Below the pieces are notes generated by a model. The model was not told the DNA's origin, searched no databases, and saw nothing but the letters and a program-made list of their open reading frames with translations. Below are positions 59,001 to 64,000 of a DNA stretch of 64,000 bases, one piece after another. Numbering within the stretch: the stretch's first letter is position 1; the number at the start of each line of letters is the position of its first letter. Source of the stretch: the human T2T-CHM13v2.0 reference genome, Homo sapiens; the NCBI RefSeq assembly GCF_009914755.1, contig NC_060931.1; one strand, 5' to 3'. Both the position numbers and the translations under genes were made by a program.

Positions 59001-59894
59001 AGTTTTAATAAGCTGAAAAAGCCCAATTGGAAAAGCAGAGTGACCTTGGTACCTTGCTTACAATGGCCAAGAAAGCACCAGGAATGAAATCGGAACACAT
59101 TTCAGTTTCATTCAACACATCGCATTTCATGCAATACCAACTAAATGTACCTGCTTTGATCCTGAGAATGAAGGAAAATAAGGGGATAGAAGGTGGCCAG
59201 GCAGAAGGAATGGTGTGATGCAGAGAAAGCACTGGAATCCAGCTGCACTTGGCTGCTCAGACTGGAGCATTCGCCCGCCTCCCTGTGCTCAGGCTCCGGG
59301 TCCATAAAGTCAAAGTGAGGAGTTTGACTCCATGATAGGGAAGGCCCTGCCAGCTCCACTTGAAAGAAGGCACAATTATTATAACCAGGGCTTGTATATG
59401 TTTAATGGATTGGTAAACATTTTCCTTAAGCCCCAGGATTTTTTTGTGTGTGCCAATTGCCTTTGGAGATTTCAAGAATTAAAAAACAAATGACTAAGAA
59501 AACATAAATATGGAGACATATATTTCCGATTTTTAGCTTCTTAGTAAATAACTTGCTTGGACTACAGCTAAAACAAAGAGAAAATGCTAGCAATATAGAT
59601 GGTTTCTAGATAAAAGAACATTCTTCTTGTCATGGAAAAAAAACAATACTAACTATGTGAATGCTTCCAGAAGGTAGAATTTTCATTTGGTACCTATTTT
59701 TCTTTTTCCCTTTTGTTTTTAAACACAGAATCAATCTAAAGTTGGTTCATGGTAAGAGAAGAAAAATGGGAGAGCAGTTTTTTTATAAGTGCCTGTGGAT
59801 TTATTCTGAAACCCTAAGTTCTAGATTGAAAACATTTTTTTAAATCCTCCTCTTGGGAAAGAAGATGAAATCCAAAGGATTGTGTGAATTTACA

Positions 59895-60135
59895 CTATTA
59901 ATAATAGCTACCATTTATTGTAAGCTTGATGTCATAAGCACTTTACATGGATTATAACATTCTATCCACTCATCAATCTTATGAAGTAGACACTGTTATT
60001 ATCTCCATTTTACAGACATGACAAAAAGGCACAGAGAAGTTAAATAGCTTGCCCAAGGTCACTCTGTGGTGGTTAAGCTGGGATTTGAGCCGAGGCAGGT
60101 TGACTTCTGAACCTGAGTTTTTAATCACTAAACTC
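59895..60135 (-). mobile_element. MIR SINE
   Basis: ataatagctaccatttattg...ccattttacaga...ggcacagagaagttaaatagcttgcccaaggtcac. Confidence 0.85.
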
Positions 60136-60334
60136 AACTGCTATAAATTACATACTTATATTTATTTGTATACATGTGTTTATTTAATGGGAAAAAAATG
60201 TTTCATATAATGATGTATCTGAGATGGGAGCAGAGACAAGTAGTAAAATACAGATGATTTATAAAAGGCTTGTTATGCATTAAAAATGCATAAAACCTGG
60301 CCTCAGCTGTTTTAAAATTAGAGTAAATTACTGT

Positions 60335-60483
60335 ACAAATTTCTGTTGCAATCAGAAGACGTTGGCTACTGCTGTTGTTGTGAATAATAAAATTCTTTGT
60401 CTCTGACCCAGAAGTCTCATGTCTTATACTGGTTGCTAGTTTTCAAGAAGGGTAAAATCTAAGACCCTTAGCAGTTCTTGACA
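60335..60483 (+). mobile_element. ERVL-type LTR 3' fragment (MER21/MER77-like)
   Basis: aataaaattctttgtctctgacccagaagtctcatgtctt...gggtaaaatct...gttcttgaca. Confidence 0.55.
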
Positions 60484-61501
60484 ACTGTTTCTGGAGTTTT
60501 TATTTCCCCAAAATATTGTCACTATTGCTTAGATGTCATACCTAGATGAATAACACTTGCCAAATAAATTTTTGAGTCAAGTTGAATGAAATAATTACCT
60601 TTTACTGGGAACCTATCAGTGGTTCTCACCCATGCTAGCCTCACGACTACTGTGTACACTATAGAGTATTATCTCCATTTTGCAAATGAAGAAACTGAGG
60701 TATAAGGACATTATTTTCCCCAATATCCTACAGCTCACAAATGTTAGAACTAAGGTCTGAAGCTAGTCCAATGTTCTTTCTGCCACTATTGCCTCTTAAA
60801 ACATTTTAGCTACAGAAATATTAACTTTCAGACCAAATTATGAAGGTCACTGGGAACGGAAAAATGATTGTTTAAAGAGAAAATTTAAGCTTCAGAGAAG
60901 AAGGAAAGGGAGAAGTGAAGAATAAATAAGGAAGAAAAAAATAGAAAGAGGAGAGACAAAAAGGGATAAAAAAATATGTCCAAATAACTTTACAGGGCAA
61001 ATAGAGGGCTGGGGTCCCTACAACAAGAGTTGGGAGCAGAACAGGGTTATGAGGCTCGCCAGAGGAACTTGGTGTAGACCTGTAAAAAGTAGCAGAGCAC
61101 CCAGGGTGAAGCCTAGGAAGAGCCAAACAGCCAATCTAAATAAAGTACCAATCAGGCAAAGGGCTAGAGTCCAGGGAAATGGGGCAGTCATCATTGTCTC
61201 CTAGAAAGAGCAGGCAGAGAACAGCGTCCAGGGAAAGAAACCGGTAGTTTGCGAGGGGGGATAGGAGAGATTTCTCCAAGCACAGGAAGAGTGTAGCTGG
61301 GCCCATCAATGGCCATTGTCCGATATGTGTTTGTCCATTTTGTTTTGCTTGGACGTCAACGGCCTTGTGTGTGTGCAAAAAAGAGCTTTTAAGGACCCCA
61401 ATCTGGTTTGGACAAGGTGACAGAAGCCAAAAGTTACCTTGGTTGAGTCTTAAGGGAATGAATTTTGAGAGTTACCTGTTCAAAAGCCAAAATGTTCAAA
61501 T

Positions 61502-61567
61502 CCCGAAATGTTCACATCAATCACCAAAGATGCCCCCGAAATGTTCACATCAATCGCCAAAGATGCC
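61502..61567. repeat. Tandem duplication, 2 x 33 nt
   Basis: cccgaaatgttcacatcaatcRccaaagatgcc twice, one mismatch. Confidence 0.97.
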
Positions 61568-63116
61568 CGCAGTGAGTGTTTGTTTTCTTGTTTGTATCTC
61601 TGTTTCAACTCAGTTGTACTTTGAGCTACACAGATCCTTCAAAAGAATAAAAGCTGGGTTTCTTAACCCCCGCTTTGGTTAGCGTGTATGCTTTCAGCAC
61701 CTATGTTTAGTATTTTTTAGAATGTAGCCTTTGTAAACTTCACCCACTGTATTTTGCTGAAGTCAGACTCACCCTTTGTTCACCAGTAATCAGCAAACAT
61801 TTGTTAGTGACGACAGTGGCACTCTGGTTAGCCCTCCTCTTTTTTTTTTTTTTTTTTTTCCTTGCAGAGCATAGTTGAAATAATTTGGGAAAGTTTCTCT
61901 TCTTCAAGGAGCTGGGAAAGAATGATGAATGGGCCCCTTGTTCTGATGCATCCTTCTATTTCCTGCAGAGGAAAAAACTGACGGCTGCTAATCTCTGTGT
62001 GTTCAGGAGCTCTACCTTCCTTCCTAATAAGATCGCTGTTGTAATAAGCATGTGCCATGGAGGTGAAGCAGAGTTTCCCATTATTTATTAGGCCTGAGTC
62101 CTCATTAGTAACTTCTTTATAAAATAAACATGAGGCTTTGCAGAAATGGGGAACAAGAGCCTACTTCATACAAAGTACAATGATAAATGTCTCCTGTGGC
62201 CCCAGATTCCAACGCTTAACATCTGTGATCTCCCCATCTCCATGGCAACATAAAGTAAATAGTAAAAATAGTCCAAATCCAGGAAAAACACAGCAGGGAA
62301 TGTCTGTCCTAAAGGAAAACAAACGCTTAACATGCACTCATACATGAGCAAGAGGACCCACATGAAATGTAGCAGTTGGTCAATAGGAAAACAACAGAGA
62401 GTGGGGAATGAAGGGTCTTCAAGCTAGCAGACAAGAAATGTCAGATGATTTGAAGAAGTGTTGTCTGCTTTCAGTAGGAGGCCTGAAGGGAACATTGTGT
62501 CTTAAATTCATGGGCTTGTACAGTGTGTATTTTACATTTTGTACAAATGTGTTTTGAATTATAAGCTTGTCATATTACACTAGATTTAAAGGGAACCATA
62601 GATTATAAAAGTAATAGCATCAAACAAAGAGTTGAGAACTGGTGATTTGGTGTTTGCCATGTAACTTCTTAGCAAAGCTGTGGTCTGCCTAACAGACCCT
62701 CTGAATCTTCTCCCTACCTGTAGCCCAACAGCCTGGGGCTGTTCCTGATATTCGCTATAGGCCGCTGGAACAGGAGGCTCTGTGGCCTCCCTGTGTCCCC
62801 CACAGTTGTGGCAAGAGCAGTGGAGCAGCCCTCTGGAAGAGAAGAATGTTCCCCTTAGGGGTGCAAGAAAATGCCTGGGAATAGGATATTTTCAAGAACG
62901 GCAATTTTCAGTTAATTTAATTTTCTGATTAACTGCAGTGACTTTGGGCCTTTCAACTCACTGAGCCTGGTTTAAGTCATCTGCAAAAAAAAAAAAAAAA
63001 GGATGGGGTACTTCATGACCCTGGAGTCCTGCCAGCCTTGGAATTCTGCAATTCTATGAATTGAGCACAAGGCATGATTTTGTTTCAGCCTTTGTGGATT
63101 AAAAAACTTAGAATTC

Positions 63117-63214
63117 CTGGGTTTCTACTATAGTAGAACAGTTTCTACTGTTCTACTGCTGGTTTCTACTGCTATAGTAGAACAGTTTACTGGGTTTACT
63201 GTTCTACTATAGCA
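63117..63214. repeat. Palindromic and inverted-repeat mosaic
   Basis: 16-nt palindrome TTCTACTATAGTAGAA (63123-63138); perfect 17-bp inverted repeat 63170-63186 / 63198-63214 with an 11-nt loop. Confidence 0.95.
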
Positions 63215-64000
63215 AAAAATACAACCCCATGGCTGTGTGTGTTTAGGGGAGGTGGGGGGGTGAAGGGTGGATGTGGTTTAGGGGAAAGACCGAGGGGGTC
63301 TACAGCCAATCCCAGTGACTAGCTGTGTGACCTCAGGCCAGTTATTCCACCCTTCTTGGCGGTAGTGTCTCCATCTCCATCAATGGAGATGATGGTATTC
63401 CTTGCAACATTATTGCTGTAGGAATACTGGTAAATGATCAACATATGGTAACCACAATATCCTATCAGATTTGGAGTCAGTACTTGAAGAATATTTTTCA
63501 TCACATAGGTAAGACTTGATAGTAGTGGGGTAGCTCGTGCTGTGTAATTTATGGAACGCAGTCTCAATACTTTGTGATGGGGTTTCCGTTTGGCTCTAAG
63601 CAAGTGTGACTCTACCCTGAAGATCTATGGTGGGGTTTTTCTTTTCATTCCCTGACTGTAGCTTTTTCCTCTGATGGTTTTTCTCTTTCTTAAAGCTAGA
63701 GCACAGCTAAAACATTCTAGTTAAGTGAATATCCTAGAATGGCTGGATCCTAACACGTGGAAGTCTTTACTGTATGATTTGTGCACAGACACCTTGCCGG
63801 TTATTCACAGGTCGTGTTCAAATTTAAAGCTCACCAGGAGTCAATAGCCACAAAGATGACTTTGGAGCAGATTCCCTCTCTTCTATTGTTCCTTTCCTCC
63901 GGCCAAGTTTCTCTTCTCTTTGCCACTTTTTTCCTCTCTTACCCTTTCACCATTCTCTTTTCTCTTTTCTTCTTCTTCTAATCTTTTGATTTTAGTGTTC

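Noticed and set aside
61502-61567. 33-nt repeats as a CRISPR-like array
   Set aside because: Only two head-to-tail copies, no spacers, eukaryotic context, no cas genes.

Overview
Primate (almost certainly human) genomic DNA with the 3' part of BPGM (bisphosphoglycerate mutase, + strand), followed by about 42 kb of repeat-rich sequence with no recognisable coding gene. The BPGM CDS joins 3592-4192 to 20509-20687 (780 nt, 259 aa) across a 16,316-nt phase-1 intron. The 3' UTR carries three AATAAA signals and ends near 21465-21470. The canonical first exon and promoter lie upstream of the window. The rest is Alu/FLAM, L1, MIR, MaLR/ERV LTRs, DNA-transposon fossils (Tigger3, MER5, MER8, MER85, a mariner relic) and microsatellites; repeat subfamily names come from recalled consensus sequences, not a search. 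I cannot support a wholly new gene system. The best leads are: (1) an erythroid-type GATA/E-box element with splice donors at 2725-2890, probably an alternative first exon; (2) a 5-codon uORF whose ATG is the first triplet of the main coding exon, so its Kozak context depends on the upstream exon; (3) UG-repeat-flanked cryptic splice sites in intron 1; (4) a MER85 retaining the CSB-PGBD3 binding palindrome; (5) a self-templated palindromic mosaic with a perfect 17-bp hairpin at 63117-63214; (6) two ~100-nt young L1 3' stubs.
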